This document shows positions 41,001 through 53,344 of a stretch of DNA of 64,000 nucleotides, piece by piece. The translations under genes were made by a program, and so were the position numbers. Source of the DNA: Octopus vulgaris (lineage: Eukaryota); NCBI GenBank assembly GCA_951406725.2, contig OX597823.1, positions 20,336,001 through 20,400,000 on the forward strand, given 5' to 3'. The number at the start of each line of letters is the position of its first letter. The first letter of the stretch is position 1. The notes under the pieces were generated by a model that did no database searches, had not been told where the DNA came from, and saw only the letters and a list, made by a program, of their open reading frames with translations.

Positions 41001-44000
41001 CACCCACTAGAAATAACAGCCAAAGCTTCAACCGCAAAATAACATTAATTCCGCAAACCAGGAGAAAATTAAAAAACATTTACCCTGTAATTTCTTATAC
41101 GATGCACCGTTTCATCTACTGTTTAATGGTAAACTAACCCGATTAAATTAAATCAAGCCAATCTTCCATAGGCCCTTAGATTCTTCAGTAAGAAATAGCC
41201 AGATCGGAACAGATATTTTCACGAGGCATTTCTGTCCCTGCCTCGGCAATATCTGACCTAAAATTTTCAAATCATCGCACTCGCGCCAAATTTATCGGTA
41301 GCAAATTAATATAAGCCGCCGATTCCATTACGGAATCAACCAGAAAATTCATAATTAATCAATATAGGGTGGCAAAAAAAATTTTGTAGAATTTTTTTGC
41401 CACCAGCGGCCTAGTGGGAAAAAATTAAATAGTCATAGACCATTTATAAGTTCAACATCACAATCAAGGAACGGCCATAATAGGCCATTCACCCACTAGA
41501 AATAACAGCCAAAGCTTCAACCGCAAAATAACATTAATTCCGCAAACCAGGAGAAAATTAAAAAACATTTACCCTGTAATTTCTTATACGATGCACCGTT
41601 TCATCTACTGTTTAATGGTAAACTAACCCGATTAAATTAAATCAAGCCAATCTTCCATAGGCCCTTAGATTCTTCAGTAAGAAATAGCCAGATCGGAACA
41701 GATATTTTCACGAGGCATTTCTGTCCCTGCCTCGGCAATATCTGACCTAAAATTTTCAAATCTTCGCACTCGCGCCAAATTTATCGGCAGCAAATAAATA
41801 TAAGCCGCCGATTCCATTACGGACTCAACCAGAAAATTCATAATTAATCAATATAGGGTGGCAAAAAAAATTTTGTAGAATTTTTTTGCCACCAGCGGCC
41901 TAGTGGGAAAAAATTAAATAGTCATAGACCATTTATAAGTTCAACATCACAATCAAGGAACGGCCATAATAGGCCATTCACCCACTAGAAATAACAGCCA
42001 AAGCTTCAACCGCAAAATAACATTAATTCCGCAAACCAGGAGAAAATTAAAAAACATTTACCCTGTAATTTCTTATACGATGCACCGTTTCATCTACTGT
42101 TTAATGGTAAACTAACCCGATTAAATTAAATCAAGCCAATCTTCCATAGGCCCTTAGATTCGTCAGTAAGAAATAGCCAGATCGGAACAGATATTTTCAC
42201 GAGGCATTTCTGTCCCTGCCTCGGCAATATCTGACCTAAAATTTTCAAATCATCGCACTCGCGCCAAATTTATCGGTAGCAAATTAATATAAGCCGCCGA
42301 TTCCATTACGGAATCAACCAGAAAATTCATAATTAATCAATATAGGGTGGCAAAAAAAATTTTGTAGAATTTTTTTGCCACCAGCGGCCTAGTGGGAAAA
42401 AATTAAATAGTCATAGACCATTTATAAGTTCAACATCACAATCAAGGAACGGCCATAATAGGCCATTCACCCACTAGAAATAACAGCCAAAGCTTCAACC
42501 GCAAAATAACATTAATTCCGCAAACCAGGAGAAAATTAAAAAACATTTACCCTGTAATTTCTTATACGATGCACCGTTTCATCTACTGTTTAATGGTAAA
42601 CTAACCCGATTAAATTAAATCAAGCCAATCTTCCATAGGCCCTTAGATTCTTCAGTAAGAAATAGCCAGATCGGAACAGATATTTTCACGAGGCATTTCT
42701 GTCCCTGCCTCGGCAATATCTGACCTAAAATTTTCAAATCTTCGCACTCGCGCCAAATTTATCGGCAGCAAATAAATATAAGCCGCCGATTCCATTACGG
42801 AATCAACCAGAAAATTCATAATTAATCAATATAGGGTGGCAAAAAAAATTTTGTAGAATTTTTTTGCCACCAGCGGCCTAGTGGGAAAAAATTAAATAGT
42901 CATAGACCATTTATAAGTTCAACATCACAATCAAGGAACGGCCATAATAGGCCATTCACCCACTAGAAATAACAGCCAAAGCTTCAACCGCAAAATAACA
43001 TTAATTCCGCAAACCAGGAGAAAATTAAAAAACATTTACCCTGTAATTTCTTATACGATGCACCGTTTCATCTACTGTTTAATGGTAAACTAACCCGATT
43101 AAATTAAATCAAGCCAATCTTCCATAGGCCCTTAGATTCTTCAGTAAGAAATAGCCAGATCGGAACAGATATTTTCACGAGGCATTTCTGTCCCTGCCTC
43201 GGCAATATCTGACCTAAAATTTTCAAATCATCGCACTCGCGCCAAATTTATCGGCAGCAAATAAATATAAGCCGCCGATTCCATTACGGAATCAACCAGA
43301 AAATTCATAATTAATCAATATAGGGTGGCAAAAAAAATTTTGTAGAATTTTTTTGCCACCAGCGGCCTAGTGGGAAAAAATTAAATAGTCATAGACCATT
43401 TATAAGTTCAACATCACAATCAAGGAACGGCCATAATAGGCCATTCACCCACTAGAAATAACAGCCAAAGCTTCAACCGCAAAATAACATTAATTCCGCA
43501 AACCAGGAGAAAATTAAAAAACATTTACCCTGTAATTTCTTATACGATGCACCGTTTCATCTACTGTTTAATGGTAAACTAACCCGATTAAATTAAATCA
43601 AGCCAATCTTCCATAGGCCCTTAGATTCTTCAGTAAGAAATAGCCAGATCGGAACAGATATTTTCACGAGGCATTTCTGTCCCTGCCTCGGCAATATCTG
43701 ACCTAAAATTTTCAAATCATCGCACTCGCGCCAAATTTATCGGCAGCAAATAAATATAAGCCGCCGATTCCATTACGGAATCAACCAGAAAATTCATAAT
43801 TAATCAATATAGGGTGGCAAAAAAAATTTTGTAGAATTTTTTTGCCACCAGCGGCCTAGTGGGAAAAAATTAAATAGTCATAGACCATTTATAAGTTCAA
43901 CATCACAATCAAGGAACGGCCATAATAGGCCATTCACCCACTAGAAATAACAGCCAAAGCTTCAACCGCAAAATAACATTAATTCCGCAAACCAGGAGAA

Positions 44001-45018
44001 AATTAAAAAACATTTACCCTGTAATTTCTTATACGATGCACCGTTTCATCTACTGTTTAATGGTAAACTAACCCGATTAAATTAAATCAAGCCAATCTTC
44101 CATAGGCCCTTAGATTCTTCAGTAAGAAATAGCCAGATCGGAACAGATATTTTCACGAGGCATTTCTGTCCCTGCCTCGGCAATATCTGACCTAAAATTT
44201 TCAAATCATCGCACTCGCGCCAAATTTATCGGCAGCAAATAAATATAAGCCGCCGATTCCATTACGGAATCAACCAGAAAATTCATAATTAATCAATATA
44301 GGGTGGCAAAAAAAATTTTGTAGAATTTTTTTGCCACCAGCGGCCTAGTGGGAAAAAATTAAATAGTCATAGACCATTTATAAGTTCAACATCACAATCA
44401 AGGAACGGCCATAATAGGCCATTCACCCACTAGAAATAACAGCCAAAGCTTCAACCGCAAAATAACATTAATTCCGCAAACCAGGAGAAAATTAAAAAAC
44501 ATTTACCCTGTAATTTCTTATACGATGCACCGTTTCATCTACTGTTTAATGGTAAACTAACCCGATTAAATTAAATCAAGCCAATCTTCCATAGGCCCTT
44601 AGATTCTTCAGTAAGAAATAGCCAGATCGGAACAGATATTTTCACGAGGCATTTCTGTCCCTGCCTCGGCAATATCTGACCTAAAATTTTCAAATCATCG
44701 CACTCGCGCCAAATTTATCGGCAGCAAATAAATATAAGCCGCCGATTCCATTACGGAATCAACCAGAAAATTCATAATTAATCAATATAGGGTGGCAAAA
44801 AAAATTTTGTAGAATTTTTTTGCCACCAGCGGCCTAGTGGGAAAAAATTAAATAGTCATAGACCATTTATAAGTTCAACATCACAATCAAGGAACGGCCA
44901 TAATAGGCCATTCACCCACTAGAAATAACAGCCAAAGCTTCAACCGCAAAATAACATTAATTCCGCAAACCAGGAGAAAATTAAAAAACATTTACCCTGT
45001 AATTTCTTATACGATGCA
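38034..45018 (-). repeat. Tandem array of a 489-bp hammerhead-containing unit (14 full copies + 140 bp); candidate non-LTR retrozyme/ribozyme satellite
   Basis: Unit starts at 38034, 38523, 39011, 39500, 39989, 40478, 40967, 41456, 41945, 42434, 42923, 43412, 43901, 44390 and 44879; copies differ at only a handful of sites; no internal ORF of 60 aa or more in the track. Confidence 0.97.
38157..38263 (-). ncRNA. Type I hammerhead ribozyme (copy 1 of 14; recurs every 489 bp)
   Basis: Minus strand ATTTCTTA-CTGA(C/A)GA-ATCTA...TAGAT-GAAA-CGGTGCATCG-TA-TAAGAAAT: 8-bp stem I, intact core, stem II base ATCTA/TAGAT, near-palindromic stem III; predicted cleavage after GUA, between 38165 and 38164. 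Confidence 0.9.
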
Positions 45019-46137
45019 GTGTTGTTATCGCGGTGTTTGACTCTACTTTCGAATATGCTGAAATAAATGTATGGCAGGAATATGATATTAAGAAATAAAG
45101 AAGAAAGAAGTTTTGTTTCTATAATGGAAAGGAAGAATAAACGAAGTAGCATCTGTTAGCTTTAGGCATAGATGTAAAAAGACATTTCACGTAACAATGA
45201 AATCGGAATTGCTTGCTCTCTTTAAACGCAATGTAATATAGAGGTATTCAGAAAGTCTCACTGCAGTAAGAATTTTATAGCAAAATAGTTTTATACGATG
45301 GTATAAGACTGCAAAAAGTATATGTTAGACTTTACAAGACTTAAAAAAAATACAACTTTATTAGAGGTGTTGAAAGTGTCATCCTTCATTTTCAATACAC
45401 AAGTTGACTCTTCTACAAGTTTTGAAATACGTCTTGGAGAGTCTAACTCTTCGAGAGTTTCGATGAAAAAAATTCCCTGCGGAGAGACTTTTTGAACACC
45501 CAGTCCTTCATAACCTTCTGAGGAATCGGTTCCCTTAATGAATTGATGGCAAACATTCAAAACTGTATCAAACAATACTTCATTCCACATACACCATAAT
45601 AACAGTTTCAAAGTTTCGCACAAGACCAAAAACTTCAGCGGTGGTGTTGGTGGTGGTATGTCGACAGCATCGACCCTTCTGCTCAACTGGTACTTTATTT
45701 TATCGTATTTTGTTAAGGCTATTTCTACAGATATTCTATAGAAATTATAGCCAGCACTGATCTTTGCGATAACGTTTCCTATCGAGATGACAGGTGGAGA
45801 AATAACCTTAACAGATTAATGTAATGAGCCCTGCTAATGCAGTGGAACGTGGTATCTTCTATATAAATTGCAATTTCTGTCTGACTGCTACCATTATATT
45901 GCCTAAACCAACGAACCAATATTCATAAAACTTTGCAAGGATATGACGCTAACATCCAGTTCATTAATAGGCCAATTTTATTTCAATAAAAGTCTATATT
46001 GTGCACGGCATCTGTCACCTGTGATGTTCTTTGTTTAAAGAACATAACCCAATGCTTGTATGCTTGTTTATATATTTGTATGTATGCATATATGTGTTAC
46101 TGTAAGTATGCATGCATGCATATATATATATATAAAT

Positions 46138-46431
46138 ATCACCGTGATCACCGTGACCGACCAGGCTATCAGATGTTGCTACACATCGCTGGTCACAATG
46201 CGCTTCGCATTGTTTTAGCCTTCAAATGACGCCACCCCGCTGGCTAAGCGAGCAGGCCAACAGAAGAAAGAGAGAAAGTTGTGACGAAAGAGTACAGCAG
46301 GGATCGCCCCCCCCCACCTGCCGGAGCTTCGTGGAGCTTTAGGTGTTTTCGCTCAATAAACACTCACAACGCCCGGTCTGGGAATCGAAACCGCGATCCT
46401 ACGACTGCGAGTCCACTGCCCTAACCACTCG

Positions 46432-46434
<3 letters not shown>
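46138..46434 (-). mobile_element. SINE with C-type head and E-type tail
   Basis: 46265-46434 matches the family C head/body; 46138-46262 is the reverse homolog of 21656-21790. Confidence 0.8.
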
Positions 46435-46500
<66 letters not shown>

Positions 46501-47096
46501 GTGTGTGTGTTTATGTGTTTGTGTGCATGTTTTAATGTATGTATATATATATATGTACATAAACATGCAGAAACCTATACATGTGTGCATGTATAAAATA
46601 CATGCATACATATATAATATATAAGACACACACATTCACAAACACACAAACATATAAACATACAAAGAAACAAACACAAATACAGGTACACACAATAACG
46701 CATATTTCGTAGGGTTCTTTTGTATGTTTCTGTGAACATCGACAACATACATTCGACGACCGAGGTACTTCGGAGGGTTCACCGACTGACCCATTTAATC
46801 ACAGACCATCAGCAGTGACATGCACTGGGTAAAGACATGTTATGCAGACAAGCCTCGAAAGACTCCACTCCCAACACAACTTTTCTACGGTGAAGTGGAA
46901 TCTAGAACGACACAACATGTAGCATTCAGTACAACCTGAAACATTTCGGAATAAGTTTTGAACGGTAGGAAAAGTTAATTGTAAATTGGAGTAACTAGAA
47001 GAATTCCATTAAATAATGATGCAACGTATTTGCCGACAGAATAAATTAAACATACCGAACTTAAGGTGTAAATGTTTACATAAAGACTACAACATA

Positions 47097-47265
47097 GGCG
47101 CCGGAGTGGTTGTGTGGTAAGTAGCTTACTTACCAACCACATATTCCCGGGTTCAGTCCCACTGCGTGGCACCTTGGGCAAGTGTCTTCTACTATAGCCT
47201 CTCGGGCCGACCAAAGCCTTGTGAGTGGATTTGGTAGACGGAAACTGGAAAAAGCCCGTCGTATA

Positions 47266-47318
<53 letters not shown>

Positions 47319-47550
47319 GTGGGTGTGTGTATATGTTTCTATGTCTGTTGGTCTCCGCAGCATCGCTTGACAACCGATGGTGGTGTGTTTATGTCCCAGT
47401 AACTTAGCGGTTCGGCAAAAAAGAACCGATAGAATAAGTCCTGAGGCTTACAAAGAATAAGCTCTGGTGTCGATTTGCTCGACTATAAAGGCGGTGCTCC
47501 AGCATGGCCGCAGTCAAATGACTAAAACAGATAAAAGAGAGTAAAAGAAA
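47097..47550 (+). mobile_element. SINE family B
   Basis: Full head-to-tail match with internal (TA)n. Confidence 0.9.
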
Positions 47551-49232
47551 AGGAGAGGAAGTGTGAAGCTTGTAGACATGTTTCATCGAAAGCAGGCTCT
47601 ATTAATCAAATGAAATCACGTATATACCTTTCCGTCCGTTATGATATTTCTGCAGCGTGCAACAGTAAGTGTCCAGTATGACCGAATGTGAAAGTGCTAA
47701 AGCTTTTACATAAAAAAAATGTCATTTTATGGACGAAACAGATTAATCTTGTGCAAATGTTGTGTTTTGTTATTTTTGCTCTAGACCATGTAAATCGTTG
47801 GCAGAATGTATGACAGAGTGTTGTTTGACTGAATGTAAGATAACGAGACGGTTATCATTTGTCAAGATGAGACATTCATGAAGAATGTATGAATTCATTA
47901 TATGTATATACGTATGTTTAAACCTATCGAACTGAAGCTGTAAATGTTTACATAAAGACTACAACATAGGCACCGGAGTGGTTGTGTGGTAAGTAGCTTA
48001 CTTACCAACCACATGGTCCCGGGTTTAGTCCCGCTGTGTGTTTTTATGCATGTATTTGTATTGTTTTTAAGTGTGGATATGTATGAAAAAAAGAAGCAAA
48101 TTAACGAGCTTTAGGGCATTGCATAAAATGCCATGCACTTCAAATCCTACCCATACCAATCATGGTCTTCAAACGTTCAGGGATGATAATTTAACTGGAC
48201 CCATCCAGGTGGTGGAATGTTGGACATGTTAGACCGCCAGACAAGAGGTTTAAAGGTGTATGAATCGTTTCTTTGCATTCTGGCGGCAAAATCTTCGACG
48301 ATACTACTGCGAGACATGGTTTTCCCATTGGATAACATCGGGGTGGGGGGGGAACTTAGCGGATGGAGACTTGTATACTGTTGCTGTTTCAGACATTCTT
48401 TATCCAGACCTATGCATATGTACAGGCAGGCAGGCAAATCTGACACGAGATACGAAGGATGTATCGATGTAAATATCTTTGTATGTACATGTGCATATAG
48501 TATGTATGTATAAGTATGTATGTATTTCTATATGCATGTGTGTATCTGTGTTGTGTATTTTTTTCTTGTAAGGAGCAATCAATAAAACGTAATATGGGCG
48601 CCAGGAGACTTTCGCTCCGTTCTTGCACAGTAAAATCATCGAAGCAACGAACTCACATTAATGTTTCTCTGACAGCTAGGCTTTCTAAAACATATTTATT
48701 TCAGTCTCTCTGCTTAACGGCGTGTTGTGCATAAACTATAAACTGCTTAATTGATATCTAAGTAATGATGAACTGTCAAAAACAAAAGTAGGCATATTAC
48801 ACTTTACAGTGGAGTAATAGCTAAATTTATATCTGCTTTATATGGTAGTTAAATATTCCATGCTGGTGTTTGGCGAAGAAAACTGGGAAACCGGAATTCT
48901 ATATCTGAGGAGTGGTTTACAATTCGTGAAACGTTCCGTTACGAGACAGCTCACTTCGTATTCTCACACACCAAAAGCATGGAAGAAAAATGTTTACATT
49001 CGTATTTTTCTCACAGCCGGTTTCCTATCGTTGTATGTGGTCACCCGAAATATAAGCTCCATCGTTAACTCGAGTATGTGTACCGTTGTCTGTATGCAGG
49101 CGTATATAAGTGTATTTACTGAGAGTTACCTGTATATGGCTTTGCTGTGCTTATGGGTGTATGCGTGTGTAGCGTTATCTGTGTGAATATTTATTTGATT
49201 TGCGTTGCCTGTATGTATTTGTGAGCTTGGTT

Positions 49233-49297
<65 letters not shown>

Positions 49298-49697
49298 GAA
49301 AGTGAGAGTTAAAGGACGCTGCAAAAGCAAACACGAAACCAGAGCCTGAAGTAGAAAGCAAGACTTAATGAAATGAAGACGAATTAATAGACGAAAGAAA
49401 CAGATTTGTAGTTTGTTGATATTTGAAACAGAAAATAAATTAGTGAAACGAAGTTTACAGAAATGTGTGCTTTCAATAACAGTCTTCGTGCAAAGAAACT
49501 AATGGCAATGGACAGCTGTAAAATGATGGTTGACAAAACATATGCTCTAGGAAGACTGGAAAAATAACTGGCATGCAAAAGATTAAACCTACACATACGC
49601 CCAAACGCGCGCGCACACATACACGCATATACACACAAACACACACAGACACACACTTAAATACACACAGAAACGTATGTATGCGTTTTTTGTGTTC

Positions 49698-49738
<41 letters not shown>

Positions 49739-49786
49739 CATATATAGGCACATGCTCATATACATACACAGTTATTTATATGTAAG

Positions 49787-49833
<47 letters not shown>

Positions 49834-49871
49834 CTGCTTGACGAACGGAAACGCGAAACTCTGGGTAACAA
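49834..49871 (+). ncRNA. Degenerate minimal hammerhead-like motif
   Basis: TTGACGA-ACG(GAAA)CGC-GAAA-CTCTGGG-TA-ACAA between (TA)n and (CA)n; stem I weak and core has C3U. Confidence 0.4.
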
Positions 49872-49911
49872 TTTTTGTGATGTCTTTGCAGCTTTATTAA
49901 TAAACCACACA

Positions 49912-49959
<48 letters not shown>

Positions 49960-49966
49960 TACACAC

Positions 49967-50039
<73 letters not shown>

Positions 50040-50040
<1 letters not shown>

Positions 50041-51140
50041 TAGCTGAAGGTGACCCGCTCTACGCGCAGGTAAGAGTGTGGGTGTTACTTTCTGTTGCTT
50101 CCTTTCAGCACGTAAAAAGCACCATCCGAACGTGGCCGATTGCAGCACCGCCTTGACTTGCTTCTGTGCTGGTGGCACGTAAAAAGCACCAACCGATCGT
50201 TGCCACTGCGAGCCCCCCTGGCACCAGTGCCGTCGGCACGATAAAAGCACTCACTACACTCACAGTGTGGTTGGCGTCAGGAAGGTCATCCACCTGTAGA
50301 AACACTGCCAGATCAGACTGGAGCCTGGTGCAGCCTCCTGGCTTCCGAGACCCGGTCACACTGCCCAACCCGTGCTAGCACGGAAAACGGACGTTAAACG
50401 ACGATGATGATGATGATTCTCCGTATTTGTTTCTCTCTCCTTTCTCTCTCACTTTCCCACTCTCTTACTTTTCTTTTCTCTCTGACTCTCCCTCGCTTTC
50501 TCTTACTCTCTATCTTTATCTATCTCTCTCCCATTTATAAACAACAGAAGATCTTGAGTAAGTTGAGAAATAAAATATTTAGAAAGATCAATCAGAAATA
50601 TGAGGCAGTGGCAATGGAAAGGTCTGCTTCAAGGCAGACAGCAAAACGCTAACATTCAAAAGGGACAGACGAACTTGCGAGCTGAATAAAAATAATAAAA
50701 TATTGGAAAACAAAGTTTGAAGGGATAGAATCTGAGGATAGTAGAGTCACCATGGCTGGCATTTGTTAACGACGGACAGCAACGTAGTGACAGTTTAACG
50801 GCTGGCGTAAAATTTTGAACTTGATGTAAAAGAAAATTCGTAAACACCAATTTTTGAAGTGATTCTTTCTCACGACAGTAGACTCACCATGGCAAGCATT
50901 CAAAACTTCTTTATCATGGACGGCAACACATTGACGATTAAAAGGCTGGCGCACATTTTTTAGCTTGATGCAACAGAGAATTCCTAAACACCCGCTCTTT
51001 GAAATTTTAATCCCCTTCCAGCCCCATTTAGACCCCTTTTCACATTTTGGTTAATATAACCCGATTTCATTCGGATGAGGAATTTTGTCCTAGAGGTGAC
51101 GCCTTTCATTTGAGGAACAAAATAGTTGTGATGCAAACTT
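50040..51140 (-). mobile_element. Probable non-autonomous Helitron with inserted SINE fragment and ~140-bp internal direct repeat
   Basis: ACTAG terminus plus imperfect hairpin ACCCGC-TCTAC-GCGCAGGT; direct repeats at about 50737-50848 and 50874-50992. Confidence 0.45.
50107..50417 (+). mobile_element. 5'-truncated SINE (family F) with (GAT)n tail
   Basis: Repeated GCACGTAAAAAGCACC subunits, GTGGTTGGCGTCAGGAAGG box, ends CGGACGTTAAACGACGATGATGATGATG. Confidence 0.75.
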
Positions 51141-51216
51141 GTCAGCACCTTTAACATAGGTGTCCATATTTTCAGGTGAATCGACCGACTACGTAATGCA
51201 CACATATATATATATG

Positions 51217-51258
<42 letters not shown>

Positions 51259-51399
51259 CGCATTATATATACAAATGTATACAAATGAGATATATATCTG
51301 TATAAATTAAATTAGAGATAAAACCACTAATAGGCAAATCAAACAGTGAAAAACCAAAAACAAAAACATAAAAAAAGAAAATATAACATAGAAAATATA

Positions 51400-52406
51400 T
51401 CTATATATATAAAACTGTAGTTGTGTGAGTGTCTGTCCCCTTCGAATTAGATTCCTAACTACTCCCAAATTTTGCGGTGCAGTTTAACCAAATTCGGGTA
51501 TCTTATAGTCGTGATTCATATCGAGCCCGTCTGGGTATTAGCGCGCGTCTACGATGAGTGTACGATTTTAAAAATAATTTAACATCATTTTTTATTCCAT
51601 TTTAATGCATATTTTTTCGTGTGTCGATGGCGGCGGAGTTGGCGTCCACGCTCACGCCTGCACCTGTGTTGCTTCTCCCCGTTCTTCCCTCCCTCGTGAA
51701 GCTGTGGGGAAGGGAGTGTAAGGAAATCAACGTCGTAAAGGAGACCAGCGTTCTTTTAGAACAACGACTTCATGGCTTGATGTCGCCAAAACAGAAATCG
51801 CTAAAAAAGCTGAAACAGATCCACAAAAACGGCAAAAACCGCCACACAGGGCAGGTTTCCTGTGCAAACAATTTGCACAACCGAATGTTTTAGTTGTTGC
51901 ACAAATCTTTATATATAAAAGTAAGGTTGTGTGTCTGTCTCCTACGATTTAGATTCCTAACTACTCCCACATTTTGCGGTGCAGTGTAACCAAAACCGGG
52001 TATCTTATAGTCGTGATTCATATCGAGCCCTTCTGGGTATTAGCGCGCGTCTACGATGAGTGTACGATTTAAAAAAAAATTTACCATCATTTCTTATTCC
52101 ATTTTAATGCATTTTTCGCTATTATATAAGGGAAGTAACTCTCTAAAAATGTCTACGAAGAGTCAACGATTAAAAAAAAAATTACCATCATTTTTTTATT
52201 CCATTTTAATGCATTTTTCGCTATTATATAAGGGAAGTAACTCTCTAAAAATGTCTACGATGAGTCAACGATTTAAAAAAGAAATTACTATAATTTTTTA
52301 TTCCATCTTTAATGCATTTTTTGCTATTTTTTTGCTATAACTCACTAAAAATGCTTATATAGTTATTTCCCTTACAAACCCGAGCAACGCCGGGCGATAC
52401 TGCTAG
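51400..52406 (+). mobile_element. Composite non-autonomous Helitron with two 5' ends
   Basis: A|TC start at 51400, second related TC start at 51906, internal tandem ~80-bp repeats, 3' hairpin CCCGAGCAACGCCGGG and CTAG|T end. Confidence 0.85.
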
Positions 52407-52556
52407 TAAAATATAAAATTGAAAACTTTAAATTATTTAAATTGAAAATAAAAATTATGAAATTATATTTATAATTTGTTTAAAAATATATATAACTATG
52501 AAAAAGTATGAAAAAGTTTAATATACATAAATACAGATATATACACTTTGTATATA

Positions 52557-52732
52557 TACATTATATATACATATTTATATATAGAACACACACACACACA
52601 TACATTATATATACATATTTATATATAGAACACACACACACACATACATTATATATACATATTTATATATAGAACACACACACACATACATTATATATAC
52701 ATATATATATAGAACACACACACACACACACA
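52557..52732. repeat. Minisatellite, ~44-bp unit x4
   Basis: CATTATATATACATATTTATATATAGAACACACACACACA repeated. Confidence 0.9.
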
Positions 52733-53276
52733 TATAAATGAACGCAAGAATATCTGATTCATAATATTTGTTCTCATGCTCGTGTGTTGATTGTTGGTGA
52801 CAGACATATACTTCAAAGAACGCCGCCGAAGTGATAGGAAGGTAGGAAACAGAGTCAGTGAAAAAGAAAGGAAATAGCGATAGTGACAGATACTTTAAAT
52901 AACCGTAGTGGCATTCTGAAAGTTATAAATGAAGAGGAGTGACAGAGTACTGGAGGAAATAGGGTGAGGTAGGAAGATGGCCCCTAGAAACCACAGCTTT
53001 TAAGATAGGGATTTCTAAGGTAGCCCACGCGCATCGTCACCTCATTCTACATGTCCCTGTAAATTTTGGAGCGAATCGGACGGGATGTAGTGGCATTGAA
53101 AGCGAACCAAGAGGTAAAAACGCATTTCAGTTTTATATATTAATATATATAGGGAAAGTTTACGAAAAAAAAAAAAAAAGACGAAGACAGGTGGTGTACA
53201 AAACAAACAGATGTATTAGTATAACGCTCAGGAAAATATAAGTAAGTGCACGCAGCCCTTCGTGGTGAGGGATCAC

Positions 53277-53330
<54 letters not shown>

Positions 53331-53344
53331 AGCGATATGAACTC

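Noticed and set aside
38034-45018. CRISPR array, rDNA/snRNA cluster or coding repeat (489 is divisible by 3)
   Set aside because: No unique spacers, no recognisable rRNA or snRNA sequence, and the ORF track shows no long ORF inside the array.
45245-45590. Possible mariner C-terminal fragment next to the array
   Set aside because: Only vague similarity; no diagnostic motif or matching TIR pair.
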